A DNA stretch of 64,000 bases from Azolla caroliniana (taxonomy: Eukaryota; Plantae; Polypodiophyta), in contig JBHGNT010000008.1 of assembly GCA_043228905.1 (NCBI GenBank), positions 21,824,001 to 21,888,000 of the forward strand, read 5' to 3'. The first letter of the stretch is position 1; every line of letters begins with the position of its first letter. The notes beneath the pieces were generated by a model, which made no database searches, was not told the DNA's origin, and saw only the letters and a list, made by a program, of their open reading frames with translations. Positions 27,640 through 39,613 of the stretch are shown here, piece by piece. Made by a program: the position numbers and the translations under genes.

Positions 27640-27885
27640 GACTATGGCAATGATGGAAATAGAGAAATAGATGAAGAGGATAAGAAACACAGAGATTGAG
27701 ACGTTGAGGATAAAAAGAAACACAAAGATAGAGATATAGAGGATGATAGAAAACACAGTGATAGGGACAAAGATGATAAGAAACACATAGATAGGGATGA
27801 TGATGATAAGAAACACATAGATAGAGATGAAAATGATAGGAAACACATGGAGAAGGATGACAATGACAAAAAACGCAGAGATAGG
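27640..27885. repeat. Degenerate 27-33 bp purine-rich tandem repeats (GATGATAAGAAACAC...GATAGAGA), continuing at 28628-28870
   Basis: Repeated GATAAGAAACACA(T/G)AGATAG units, interrupted by the hAT MITE. Confidence 0.7.
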
Positions 27886-28619
27886 TAGCAATGGGCCTGG
27901 TTCGGTTTCGGTTCGGTTCGGTTTCTTGGCCTTCAAACCAAACCAAACCATTTATTAATAAAAAAAACCGAACCAAACTGTTTTAAAATTTATGAAGCCA
28001 TTTAAACCAAACCGTTAAACCAAACAGTTTAAAGCATAGGAGAAACCAAACCGTTTACGAAAAATTTAAAACCAAACCAAACCATTTTTTATTGATATTA
28101 ATCATTATACTTATTATAAATTTGTGTGAGAAAATCATCGTAAATTTATTCATCATACTTATTATAAAATTTGTCATCATACTTATCATAATTTTGGTCA
28201 TCATACTAATCATAAATTTGATCATCATACTAATCATAAATTTGATCATCATACTTATCATACTTGAACATCATAAATGAAAAAGAGACTCTACATATAA
28301 TACATATAAAATCTAATAAGTTAAAACAAGAGTTTAAAATTAAAAGTTGAAAGTTATAACTTATAGAAAATATTTATGAGTATTTTTTAACCTATAAACC
28401 TATAAACCTTTAAACCTTTAAACCGAACCACATAAACAAAGACCGATAAGCCGCTAAACTGCTAAACCGGTCAATTCAAAACCGAACCGAACCGAAACCG
28501 AAACCGATTAGTAACATTTGAAACCAAACCAAACTGTTTAGTTATCTTTGAACCTATAAACCGTTAAGCCACGGTTTTTCGGTTCGGTTCGGTTTGAGCC
28601 GAAACCTGGCCCATTGCTA
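27886..28619. mobile_element. hAT-superfamily MITE (734 bp)
   Basis: TIRs TAGCAATGGGCC...GGCCCATTGCTA, perfect 8-bp TSD GAGATAGG, subterminal AACCG/GGTTC repeats, AT-rich core with ATCATACT repeats. Confidence 0.92.
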
Positions 28620-29127
28620 GAGATAGGAATGTGGAAGATGATAAGAAGTGCAAAGATAGGGATAATGATAAGAAATGCGGAGATAGATATGAACTAAAAA
28701 ACAAAGACGATGATGAGGAGAAACTAAAAAGACAGAGACGACGACGAGAAGAAACTAGGAGATAGAGATGGCGAGGAAGATAGGAAACGAAGGGATGTTG
28801 ATGATGGTAACTCTGGAAGCAAGGACAGTGACGATGGTAACTCTAAAAGCAAGGGCAATGACGAAGATGGGTGATGCTTCCAATTGGAAGGGATTCAAAC
28901 TATCACAGAGACACCAATGCTAGACTACGATAAATCACAGATGACAAGGCTACGACCGATAAGGTTACGAATGTGGAACTTGACGTGATGAGGCTAGAAA
29001 CTCGGGAACAATGAGATGAGGAACTTAAGACGCTAGTGTTGGGGACACGACCGTCAATGCGGAAGTGCAAGCAACATTCGTGATGAAGAAGAACCTATGT
29101 ATGCACGAGCAAGATAGACACAGAGGG

Positions 29128-29163
<36 letters not shown>

Positions 29164-29553
29164 CACAAAGGAACTGTTTTATTCCAATAGCAACAGTTAC
29201 AAATGACAACCAACCCTCACTAAAGGTTAAAAAGTCACTTTATATAGTGACTATCCTAGGGCAACTGCTCTTTATGCTATTTACAGAAATAGCCCGAACT
29301 TGGGCTGTCCAAAGGGACAATGTGAATACGGCCATTATACACTCGTATTCAACACTCCCCTGTAATGGGCGTATACATGGGTTATCTAAAGAATTACAGG
29401 TATATATACAAGGTTTATCGGACATATCAGTTTTGTCAGAGTCGGCAAGATCCGAAGACAGAGGACCGAACCGGTCGGGTCGGAAGAGCTAAAGTCGATC
29501 CTTAGAGAACCGATGTCGGTGGTCCGAAACCATCATGTGCTGTGTGTCCGACT

Positions 29554-32500
29554 TTAATCGGACCGATTTTTCGTTACGCCCATCCGGTGCCGAAGGGACC
29601 GGAAACGATCCGCTGAAAGACACTTGGTCATTCCATCTGTGACATTATCGGTTGTGGATATCTTCTCTAGACCGATTTTCCCTGAAATGACGTAGTCCCG
29701 AACAAAGTGATATCGAACGTTGATATGCTTAGAGGCGTTGTGGTGAACCAGATTTTTTGACAAAGCAACAAAACCTTGACTGTCGCTGTAGACATCTGGG
29801 GCCGAGTCGGAGTCGACCTATCGAAACGTGTGCGCCAACTGACTGAGCCATAAAGCTTCTTTTGCCATGTCAGACACAACTACATATTCCGCTTTGGTCT
29901 TTGAGGTGGCTGTGCACTCTTGAAGTTTTGACTTCCACGAGATTGCTCTATTGTCAAATTTGAAACAGTATTCGGTTGTTGATTTCTGATTGTCCACACA
30001 ACCGACGAAGTTCGAGTCGATGTAACCGACTACGCTTGAGGTTGAGTTCGGCCTGAAAAGAATGCCGTGGTCTTTTGTGCCAACTAGATATCTGAACACA
30101 TGCTTGACTGTGTTCTAGTGAGATCGGCCAGGGTTGTGCATGAATCTGCTAATGACTCCTACGGCGTGAGAAATATCAGGCCGTGTCGCAACCATCGCGT
30201 ACATGAGGGAGCCGACTGCCAGTGCATACGGTACCAACTTCATATCTTCTCCCGCTGGACCGGATGTCGGACAATCTCGCTGAGACAACCAAAGGTTAAT
30301 GGGGAGCACGGTCGAAGCAGACTTGGCCGATTGCATGTTGAAGCGTTCTAAGACACATCCGATGTAGTCGGTTTGAGACAAGAAAAGTTGTTGTGTATCG
30401 CGATACCGACTAATCTTCATACCAAGTATGTGTCTTGCCGGACCGAGGTCCTTCATGGAAAACTTCAACCGCAGTTGCCGAACGAGTTCGGTGAGCTCTC
30501 CGGCATGCCGACCGGAGAGTAGCATGTCGTCCATGTAGATGATGAGGAAGACGGGAGACCCGTCTTGAGCTGTTTTGGTGAAGAGACAGTGGTCCTCATC
30601 GCTCTTTGAGAAGCTGACTGATTGGATCAAGTCGTCGAACTTCTTGTACCACTGTCGGGGTGCCTGTTTTAGGCCGTAGAGACTCTTCTTGAGTCGGCAG
30701 ACTAGATGTTCCTGGCCGGATGCCACAAAGCCTTTCGGCTGCTCCATATAGATTTCCTCCTGTAGGTCACCGTGGAGGAATGCTGTTTTACATCTAGCTG
30801 AATCAGCTCCAAGTTGTTGGCGGCCACGACGCCGAGCATGAAACGAAGGGTCGTCATTTTCACCACTGGTGAAAAGATTTCGTCGAAGTTGACGCCATAT
30901 TCTTGTCGAAATCCCTTCGCAACTAATCTGGCCTTGTACTTTGGGGTGGTCGAGTTGGACATCTCTTTTAGTCGATAAGACGCACTTACACGGAAGAGCA
31001 CGTCGATTCTTCGGTAATTCGACCAAGTCCCAAGTCTTGTTTGCCCGAATGGAGGCATTTCCGTCATTTTCACCACTGGTGAAAAGATTTCGTCAAAGTC
31101 GACGCCATATTCTTGTCGAAATCCCTTCGCAACTAATCTGGCCTTGTACTTTGGGGTGGTAGAGTTGGACGTCTCTTTTAGTCGATTGACCCACTTACAC
31201 GGAAGAACAGGTCGATTCTTCGGTAATTCGACCAAGTCCCAAGTCTTGTTTGCCCGAATGGAGTGCATTTCCGACTCCATCGCCAGATGCCATGTGGTTG
31301 AATCGGCAAATGCCGATGCTTCTTCATAAGACGTCGGTTCGCCGGCGTCGGTAAAGAAAATTCCGGGAGAGTACCTCTCCGGAGGTTGCGACAGTCTCTC
31401 GGATCTGCGAGGTATGACTGGACTAGTTGCACCGGGTGTCGATGTCGGATGGTCGGGAACAGAGCCATTCGGCTGTGTCGAATCGGTGGATTCGGTGCGA
31501 GAGTTGTCGGTTACCCGTGAAACCGATCTCGTGTTGTGGGTTGGGCCGTCAGGAAGGGTTGGCACTTCGGAAAATATTACCCTTCAGACTTCAATAGGCC
31601 TTTCGGCCGTTTTATGCATAGTCGACTCGTTGAACACAACGTCTGAACTTCGGACGATTTGTCTGTGTTTGGGGTGCCAGAGTTGGTATCCAATCTCGCC
31701 ATCGGGTCCATATCCAAGAAAAACACATTTCCTTGACCTTGGTTCGAGTTTCCGGCAACCGAAGATCCTCAATTTATCATAATTCGGCTTACTGCCGGTC
31801 CATATTTCCTGAGGTATTTGAAGTCCTAGAGGTCTACTTGGCGACATATTGATTATGTGTACTGCCGTAAGTAGAGCCTCCGCCCAGAAGCCATTCGATA
31901 GTCCAGAGTGTTGGAGCATGGATACTACGCGTTCTTGAATCGTCCGATTCATGCGTTCAACAATTCCGTTCTGCTCCGGAGTATAGGGTGCCGTATATTC
32001 ACGTCGAATGCCGCCTTCCCGACCGAATTTGATGAATTCTTCAGACTTGAATTCTCCTCCATTGTCGGTTTGGAGACATTTCAGTTGCCGACCGGTCTGA
32101 TTTTCGACCACTGCAAGCCATTAAGAGAAGATCGAGAACACCCGATCTTTTGTTCTGATGGGGTATGCCCACACCTTCCGACTCGAGTCATCAATAAAAC
32201 TGACGAAGTACGAAGCACCGTCGAGAGACTGATGTGGCATCGGGCCACAGACGTCCGAATGGACCAAATCGAGGGGACTCGATTCTCTTGGTGCTGATGT
32301 CGGATGTGGTTTGGCTACCTGTTTGCCGTACTGGCAATGCTCGTAGAATTGGTGATCTGAGAAGGAGAGTTTGGGGATGTAATCGGCTCTGGATAGGTGC
32401 GTTATGCCGGCCTTGCTGAGGTGTCCAAGTCGTCCGTGCCATAACAATGACACGGGGATATCAACCAAAAATAAGTCACCCTCTTTGAGTGTGACATATA

Positions 32501-33755
32501 AAGGATACAAGCAATGTACCTTTGGTCCTCGAGCAAGCAGGAGGTTCCCTTTGTGGAGTGTCCACCCTCCTGATGAGAATCCAGCACGGATGTCGGCTTC
32601 GTCATGTTGTCTGACTAAGATCAAGGGACTTGAGAACTCAGGAACGTGTCAGACGTTGTGTAGTACGAGTATAGAGCCTCCTGGAAGATTGAGCTCTACG
32701 GTGCCGATTCCGATTATAGCACAGTGCTGGGAGTTTCCAACTCGAACTGAGTCAGAGTGCCGGTCCGAGTATTGCTGAAACTGAGATCGGTGAGGTGTCA
32801 CATGATACGATGCGCTTGAGTCCAGGAGCCATGTGCTAGATTCCTCAGTCGTAAGCAGAACTTCTGATTCGACTGAGTTCTCTATGGACAATATGTTCGG
32901 GTCGGTCGTCAAGATTTCGGCTGAAGAGCCGACGTAGTTGACCTCCTCATGCCGGCTACTCTTATGATCCGCTCTTTGAGCTTTGTCGGTTTTTGCTTTG
33001 AGTGCCCGACAGTCGGCTTTGATGTGTCTCGGTTTCTTGCAATAGTTGCAGATTCAGTTGTCCCGAGACTTGCTCCAGCTTCGCTTACTGTTCGGTGGTC
33101 GGGAAAAGCTTCTTCCCCGGTTGTTCGATCGGTTGGTCGAGCCTTGTACTACATAAGCTTCATTTGCCGAGTCTTTGGCGAAAGACTTTCTCCGAGCTGC
33201 TTCAGTCAGGATTGCGCTCGTGACTTCGGAGTACTTAACAGTAGTTGTTGAAGCATTGCACACGGTTGTAACGAAAGTTTCCCATGAAGAGGGGAGACTA
33301 CTCATGAGTATCATTGCTCTGAGTTCATCCTCGATTTCCGTCCCCTGAGACGAGATTTGGGAGCTTATGCTTTCGTAATCGTTGAGGTGTGCCTGAACCG
33401 AATCAAATTCTTTCATCTGCAGGTTGTAGATGTGCCGGATCAGATACATCCTCGTTGCGGCAACCTTCTTTTCATAAGTTTCCGATAGTGTTTTCCAAAG
33501 TTCAAACGCTATCGTGCATGATTGCACTGTGAAGTACACTAACTCTGACATGTGCATCCGAATCGTGGCACGAACGATTCTGTCCAGCTTTAGCCACTCA
33601 TTTGCCTTGTATGCTTCTGGAGGATTTTCATTCTCAATCAGGTCTATCTGATCCTTGACTATGAGATAGTCCTGCATTTGTTCCTTCCAGAAGTTGAAGT
33701 TCGAACCATCAAAACTCCTTAGAATCATCTCCGATGAGTTGGATGTTGATGCCAT
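29554..33755 (-). pseudogene. Copia C gag-pol polyprotein with a few stops and frameshifts
   Basis: FDGSNFNFWKEQMQDYL (gag), WLLDSSASYHVT (PR), LWHGRLGH / LDLVHSDVCGP / TDNGGEF / PEQNGIVERMNRT (INT), YKARLVAKGF / YGLKQAPRQW / YMDDMLL (RT), SWKSKLQ / KHINVRYHF / NVTDGMTK (RH). Confidence 0.93.
30852..31272. repeat. About 210-bp tandem duplication within the RT of Copia C
   Basis: The KARLVAKGF...FSPVVKMT segment is present twice (30852-31061 and 31062-31272). Confidence 0.9.
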
Positions 33756-34916
33756 CTGCTTCGGTTTCGGTTGATAAGACTTGGTTCGGAGTTGACTACG
33801 AACCTTAGTGGGGTGCAGTCGGTCGACTCACCCGATATCGTTCTAGTCGGTTTTGAACCTGAGACGGTTTGGTTTCAGATACTTGTTGTTGAACTTGCTC
33901 GGAGTGACTCCGGTAACTTGAGGGACAGAACCAGCTGGTCTTCCCAAATGTTGCTGAGTCGGAGTGAGCCCGGTTAGCTTCCGATTGTATGCCGAATACC
34001 GATTACGCGAAACCGATAGTTTGGGCCGATTTTGCTTCAGACGACTGCAACGATGAGAGGGATAGATCCAACTGATCCTCCCGAATGTCGATCAGCCGAG
34101 TGAAGCACGAAGTGGTTGTTGCTCAAGGAGCTCCCCTCAAGCGGTTACAATCATAGGAACAAAGTACAACCGACTAGCTTACTCCAATTTGTGATTTAAC
34201 ACAGTGAGATGCGAGCTTTTGTTTTTCTTCTCCCTTCTCTGTTCTTCAAAGAAACCGAAAACAGAATGTTGTGTTGTGCGATGACGGTCGGCAGTGGGTT
34301 GAAGAACCTCCAATGCTCTGATACCAAATGTTGGGGACAAGGCCGTCAATGCGGAAGTGCAAGCAACATTCATGATGAAGAAGAACTTGTGTATGCACGA
34401 GCAAGATAGATACAGAGGGAGAGAGAGAGAGAGAGTGAGGCACAAAGGAACCGTTATATTCCAATAGCAACAGTTACAAATGACAACCAATCCTCACTAA
34501 AGGTTACAAAGTCACTTTATATAGTGACTATCCTAGGGCAACTGCCCTTTATGCTATTTACAATGGGACGATGTGAATACGGCCATTATACACTCGTATT
34601 CGACAACTAGGAACCAATACAATAGCATAAAGACAAAGATGTAAATCAAGGAGAGAAGATGGGGCTAAACAAGAATACTAGATTGATGTGTCAATGACTA
34701 GTGTTGAATCCCTTGAAAGGGACCAAGGAAGTTACAAGTATTTATATGCTGAGTTGAAGTACATGCATTACTTGAAATAGATAATCTACTAATAATCTAC
34801 TAAGATATACATAACATGAGCATATATTTGGACGTGTTGGTTAGAACACAACACTTGACTATATATAAGAGGTCAAGAGTTCAAATCTTGACATGATTGT
34901 TGTCATGTTTGTGACA

Positions 34917-36350
34917 ATCCTGAAGCCTCTGGTAATTAACGTGGCCGATTCGCTGATGCCAAAGATCGATGTCCGATTCAATCTTCTGTCCTTTGGAAAA
35001 CATAGCGGTGTCGACGTCATTAATGTTGAGGATGAACATCGTCCCTTCTCTGCGTCCTTTCACAATTATCCGGCCTTCTTCCTCGATGAAGCACTCGAGG
35101 TGTGTAAACCGCACCTGCATCGCCTGGTCGACGATTTGTCCAACTGACACCAGGTTCTTTGTGATAGTCGGAACGTGTAGTAGGTTCATCAGCTTCCCCT
35201 TTTGTCCTACATGGCTTAAAGGGACTTCTCCGACATGCACAATCAGGTGAGGGGTGTCGTCTCTTGTTTCGCCAATCCCCAGTTGTTCCGGTTTCTCTAA
35301 AATTGAGAACTACTCTTCATGGCTCGTCATATGGTTAGATGCTTCGGAATCAACATACCACACTTCCTCCGATCTGGAACTGGCCCCTTGTGCTTCATCA
35401 CAAAGGTTGGCCCCTTTCTGGTTTTCCCAGTTCCGAATCCTTCCGATGCTTCAGCATAGTGCGAGCTTTGCTGGTTCCCTTGTCCGGCCTTGCCGGATCC
35501 GGATTCATCTGAATCGGCGCGCTTCTTCCAACACTCGCTTTCTTGGTGGCCTTTCTTGCCATAGTACCAACATTCCGTGTCGGCCTTTGATTGCCGGTTT
35601 TTGGCTCCGACTTGACTCCCCCTACTTGTGGAGGGTTCAGAATTGTTGTTGGCACCGTCTCTGTGCTTTCGATTCTGCTCTTGACGGCCGCCTCCATTGC
35701 GCATCGACCCACCTCGTCCTCCACGCCCACGAGGTCGATCCACCTCCGTGTACAACATCCGACTGTCTGATTGAGTGGTCCTCGACCCACTCGCGTGGTT
35801 TTCTTCGACCATCAACATGGATTGTAAGTCGAAGAAGGACGGTGGCTTCTCTCGCGTGCAGATCGCCATCCGGATTCGCCCGTACCGTTGTGCTAGACCA
35901 TCGAGGCAGATTTGAATCATCTCCTCTTCATCCACCGTCACGTTGATGGACCCGAGCGTGTCGCAAATCTCCTTTATCTTGGTGGTGTGGTCGGTCACGG
36001 ATATATCCTCTGTCGGATATTGTTGAGCTCTTGTCGGAGCTGCAACTTCCGTGCCGTGGTACTAGTGGCGAAAATCTTCCAGAGATTTTCCCAGGCCTCC
36101 TTTGGCGTTTTTGCATCTACTAGCTGAGCATCTGATCGTGCACACCGGATACGAGGCAGTACAATACTTGGCTTGCTCCTTCTCCCATGCCGGGAAGTCC
36201 TTGTGTGCCGGCTCTGGTGCGACCTCATTGGTTCCTTCCACATAGTTCCAATATCCATGCCCCAACGGGTATTGCTGCATTTTATATGACCAGGATGCAT
36301 AGTTGCTCCGGTCGAGCTTTTATGTGGGAAGCGAACTTGCCATACCTCTG
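34917..36350 (-). pseudogene. Copia A gag-protease-GAG-pre-integrase remnant (frameshifted)
   Basis: MQQYPLGHGYWNYVEG, TPKEAWENL...RKLQLRQEL, zinc knuckle CWYYGKKGHQESECW, LLHVPTITKNLVSVGQ, LWHQRIGHVN. Confidence 0.88.
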
Positions 36351-36448
36351 TCCATTTCGGTTCTTTGTCTGATGTTGCCAGGTATTAGGGTTTGTCTTCG
36401 AAGCGTTTGTCGATTGAAGAGGTTCTCAACCCTCGCGCTTTGATACCA

Positions 36449-36870
36449 TTACAAAGTAAACGTGCGGAAGCATTCGACAAACCGGCTCAGCCGGATAGCA
36501 ACAGAAAATGAGAAGAAAAGTTAACACACACAGAGAGTACGCATACATAGGACAGAGAGAGAGAGAGAGAGAGAGCATAAAATCTATTAAAAAATACTCT
36601 TGATATTTTGTACATAGAATATGCTCAGAGAGCACTTTTATACAAGTCCATAAAGGACTGACAGAAGTACCGACAGGTACTTCAATGCTCATATGAGCAA
36701 TTGACACTAACTCCCAAAAATATGCCTACGTACTAGGCTGGATCCGTAGGCCTCTAACGGCCTACCGGTTTCAATCCGATCCGACTCCTGGTTCCAGATA
36801 TCATCCAGACACCGATCCGGCTCTAGCTTATTCAGTCTATCTGGATCCGGTTGAGCTTGCTCGCTCAACG
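36449..36870 (-). repeat. 5' LTR of Copia element A
   Basis: Aligns with 23715-24144 and lies immediately upstream of the PBS; terminal dinucleotides are mutated. Confidence 0.92.
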
Positions 36871-37002
36871 CATGTGAAATGTGGATCGAGACAACCAAGA
36901 CTTGAATTAGGGAAGTTGGCTTTGTTGATGAAGGATTGTAGTAACTAGAAAACTTCTTTAGATTGAGGTTATTGACTTGACTCTTGATTTGTGCGATATG
37001 AT

Positions 37003-37570
37003 TGTTGAGATATAGGTCTCTCTGGATGGGGACCAGTCCAATCAGATCGAAGAAGTCGAAGAAGAACGAGCCGGATCGGGGTGATCCGGAAGGATATCCG
37101 GAAACCGGATCGGATGAACCTGGAAGGAGTCCGGCGGATCCGGTATGAACCGTGAAGTGAGACGGATTTGTAAATATGTTTCTCATGGGGCGTTGAGGCC
37201 ACATTTGTAAATAGCCCATAAGTTATGTAAGTATAAATATAACGTAGGGCAATCATCATGTATTGTGTGTGTGGTCATTGTATGCAAGTTGTATTGAGAG
37301 AGAACAGAAGGTAGTCATTCTGCTATAACCGCCTGTTGGTGAAGACAGAGGGCTCGAGGTCGTTGCCTTTGAGCTCCTCATTGATGTATCTCTCCTTTCA
37401 GATAATGATTATTGGAGTCTGTGGGCTCCCGTGGTTTTGCCTTGTTTTGAGGTTTTCCATGTTAACATTCTATGTTGACTTATTTCATGTGTAAGTGTGC
37501 CTCAAAATATTTGTTTTCTACTTGAGTTCTTCCATTGTACCTTAGAGATGCAGTTGTGGCTGAGCATCGA
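37003..37570 (+). mobile_element. Solo or truncated LTR of family D
   Basis: Starts TGTTGAG and shares ATTTGTAAATA, TATAAATA..TAGGGCAATCA, GAGGTCGTTGCC and GTGGGCTCCCGTGGTTT blocks with 26141-26652; 3' end and TSD not resolved. Confidence 0.75.
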
Positions 37571-38329
37571 TTACTGTCATGTGTGTTTACGTGGAAGTGA
37601 CTTGGTGCAGTGTTTGTGTGTGCACAAATTTTCCGATGTATTTGTTATAAATGTGAGCGTGAATTAACATGTGTGTGGGCTTGTGAATTTATTTGAGTGC
37701 TATTGCATGTGCAAATGTGTGTTTTGTATCGAATTACATGTGTATGTATTAATCTAGAAGTTTTCTTGATGTGCTCACGTGTGTGTTTCTACTATCATGG
37801 GAGCACGCTTGACACGAAACATTTGTGTGAATGTTCCTATATGTGCATGCATGAAATGATTGTGTGTGAATGGATAATATGGGTATGTAGGTGTAAATAT
37901 TTGTTTTTATGTATACATGTGTGTGTATACATTTTGATTGTTAGATATTTAGGAGGGTGGGGGGGGGATGGTAGTTTAAAAATCATGACTTATGGGGATA
38001 TTTTTGGGCATATAAGGGTTTCCCTTAGGGTGTGGGGGGATGGGGACCTTAGGAAAAATGGGGGGGGCGGGGGGGGGAGGGAAGTAGGCAATAAGTGTGA
38101 AGCGTTTCAAAAAGGAGAACCTAGGGATGATTTAGGGTTGCCCAAGTGTCATAGACATCTATACAAAATATCATAAGTATATATGTAAAATATCATAATC
38201 ATCGTAGAAAGTGGGAGGGGGATTTGAACCCATGACCTCTATGGTGGGGTTGGGGTAATTGGGGGAGCAGGTTTTTGATGTCATACTTTAGTCAACATTG
38301 TGGAGAAGTTACAACTCTTGCATTGATAG

Positions 38330-39560
38330 GGAGTAGGCGCGTTATCAACTCATTCCCTCGTTGAGCATATGCTTGCTACTCATTGGCTTCAATGCCGACA
38401 TCAATCTTAGCTAGGACCCATTTAGGATTAGCTCTAGCGCCAATTTAGGATTGCTTATTTTGTGGTATCCAACCTTGGGTAGAAATAATTGGTCATTTTG
38501 TGGAAAAGGTTGTATATACCATGGGAAAATGAGAATTACAGCCTCGTGGTGGCATGTTGTTAAAAGTACTCGTGCATTTAAATGTTCAGAATCTACTATG
38601 GTTCAACAATGAGTGCTTTCTTGGCAACACTGTTTGAAATTGTTTAATTGGAGACCCATTGAATGCAGAAAAGGTAGTAATTCTTTAGCACTAGAAGTGT
38701 TGGCAACCTCAAGGATATTGCATTGGGATGGAAAAGAAAGTCTCAACTCACATTTCAATTGAATGGCAAGGCTAGGATTGGTAATTGTGGAAGATGTTAT
38801 CTTAGAGTCATGTAGGAAAATGATGGCCTTTCGGACACTCCAAAATAAGTTTCATATACCACATGGATATGAGTATATTTGACAATCAATATTAGCATTG
38901 CCTAGTCTAGTTTTCCCAATTCTAGAGTTGGTGGTCGAGGAACCATATAATTGGTCATTTGGTATTGGAAAATCGATATTCGTGGTGGTGCACACTAATG
39001 ATGTATACCATAAGTTGGTTGAAGATAGAGCTTGGCTAGCAAATAAGGTTTTGGATACATGGCACATTATTGGACATGTAAAGTGGTGGCTTTCAATTTT
39101 GGATGCAGGGATGATAGTCTCATCTTCCATTTCGCGCAAAGATGATTCTTTCGCGCAATGGTCATTGGGTTACCTTTGTCGATGACTTTAAAATGAAGAT
39201 ATTTCGAATGGGACATGTATTTTTTGTACAGTGGTTGACGAAGATGCCAGACATACGTTCATTACATGTTCAATTGCTAAAGCCATTTGGGAGGTTACAT
39301 CTTAAATTTGGGCATCAGTAACATCAAGTATTTTTTCATCTTTTAAGTGGGTTTTCATTGATGGTACTAAAGCTCTACCCATGCCATCATATCAGGCAAT
39401 GTTTGACTACCTTAGGTATTGGGATTTGTGGTTAAACTGAACCATGAGAAATGGGTAACACAACAACTCTGTAGGATGAAAGGAAGTTGATTTGGAAATT
39501 TTCGCAACTATGTTGTATGGGGACGGTGTCCTATCATTTGGTATTACAACACTTGAGAGG
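38330..39560 (+). mobile_element. Degenerate L1-type LINE 3' fragment (zf-RVT region)
   Basis: Fragmentary translations: SIF...TNDVYHKL, KVLDTWHI..VKWWL, GTCIFCTVVDEDARHTFITCSIAKAIW (CxxC...HxxxxC), FDYLRY.GLW; boundaries approximate. Confidence 0.72.
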
Positions 39561-39613
39561 GTTTACCTTGCCATATCACTACTAATGAAGTAGTGGTCCA
39601 TTGGAGATAGCAA

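Larger units (their letters stand above)
29037..34605 (-). mobile_element. Ty1/Copia LTR retrotransposon C (Tnt1/Tork-like), near full-length, inserted in the 5' LTR of element B
   Basis: LTRs at 34329-34605 and 29037-29354. TSD GCTAG/ACTAG. PBS TGGTATCAGAGC at 34315-34326. PPT next to 29354. Domain order is gag-PR-INT-RT-RH. Confidence 0.95.
25639..34916 (-). mobile_element. Non-coding (non-autonomous) LTR element B with TGTCA...TGACA-type LTRs, probably a recombinant of two insertions
   Basis: 3' LTR 25639-26681 is interrupted by a solo LTR. 5' LTR is 28901-29036 plus 34611-34916, interrupted by Copia C. The R/U5 halves align and the U3 halves differ. PPT GGGGAGGAGAA at 26682-26692. No tRNA PBS and no retroelement ORFs between the LTRs. 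The flanks (GGTCT / ATCCT) do not form a TSD. Confidence 0.82.
23715..36870 (-). mobile_element. Ty1/Copia LTR retrotransposon A (degenerate; host of nested insertions; integrase deleted)
   Basis: LTRs at 36449-36870 (5') and 23715-24144 (3') are highly similar. 5-bp TSD CATGT at 23710-23714 and 36871-36875. PBS TGGTATCAAAGC (tRNA-iMet) at 36437-36448. PPT CTTGAGGGGGAC at 24145-24156. Gag, protease, RT and RNase H remnants lie inside. Confidence 0.93.

Noticed and set aside
27277-28280. Hydrophobic 224-aa ORF and Ile/Met-rich ORFs suggesting membrane or env-like proteins
   Set aside because: They arise from low-complexity repeats and cross the MITE boundary; no domain motifs.
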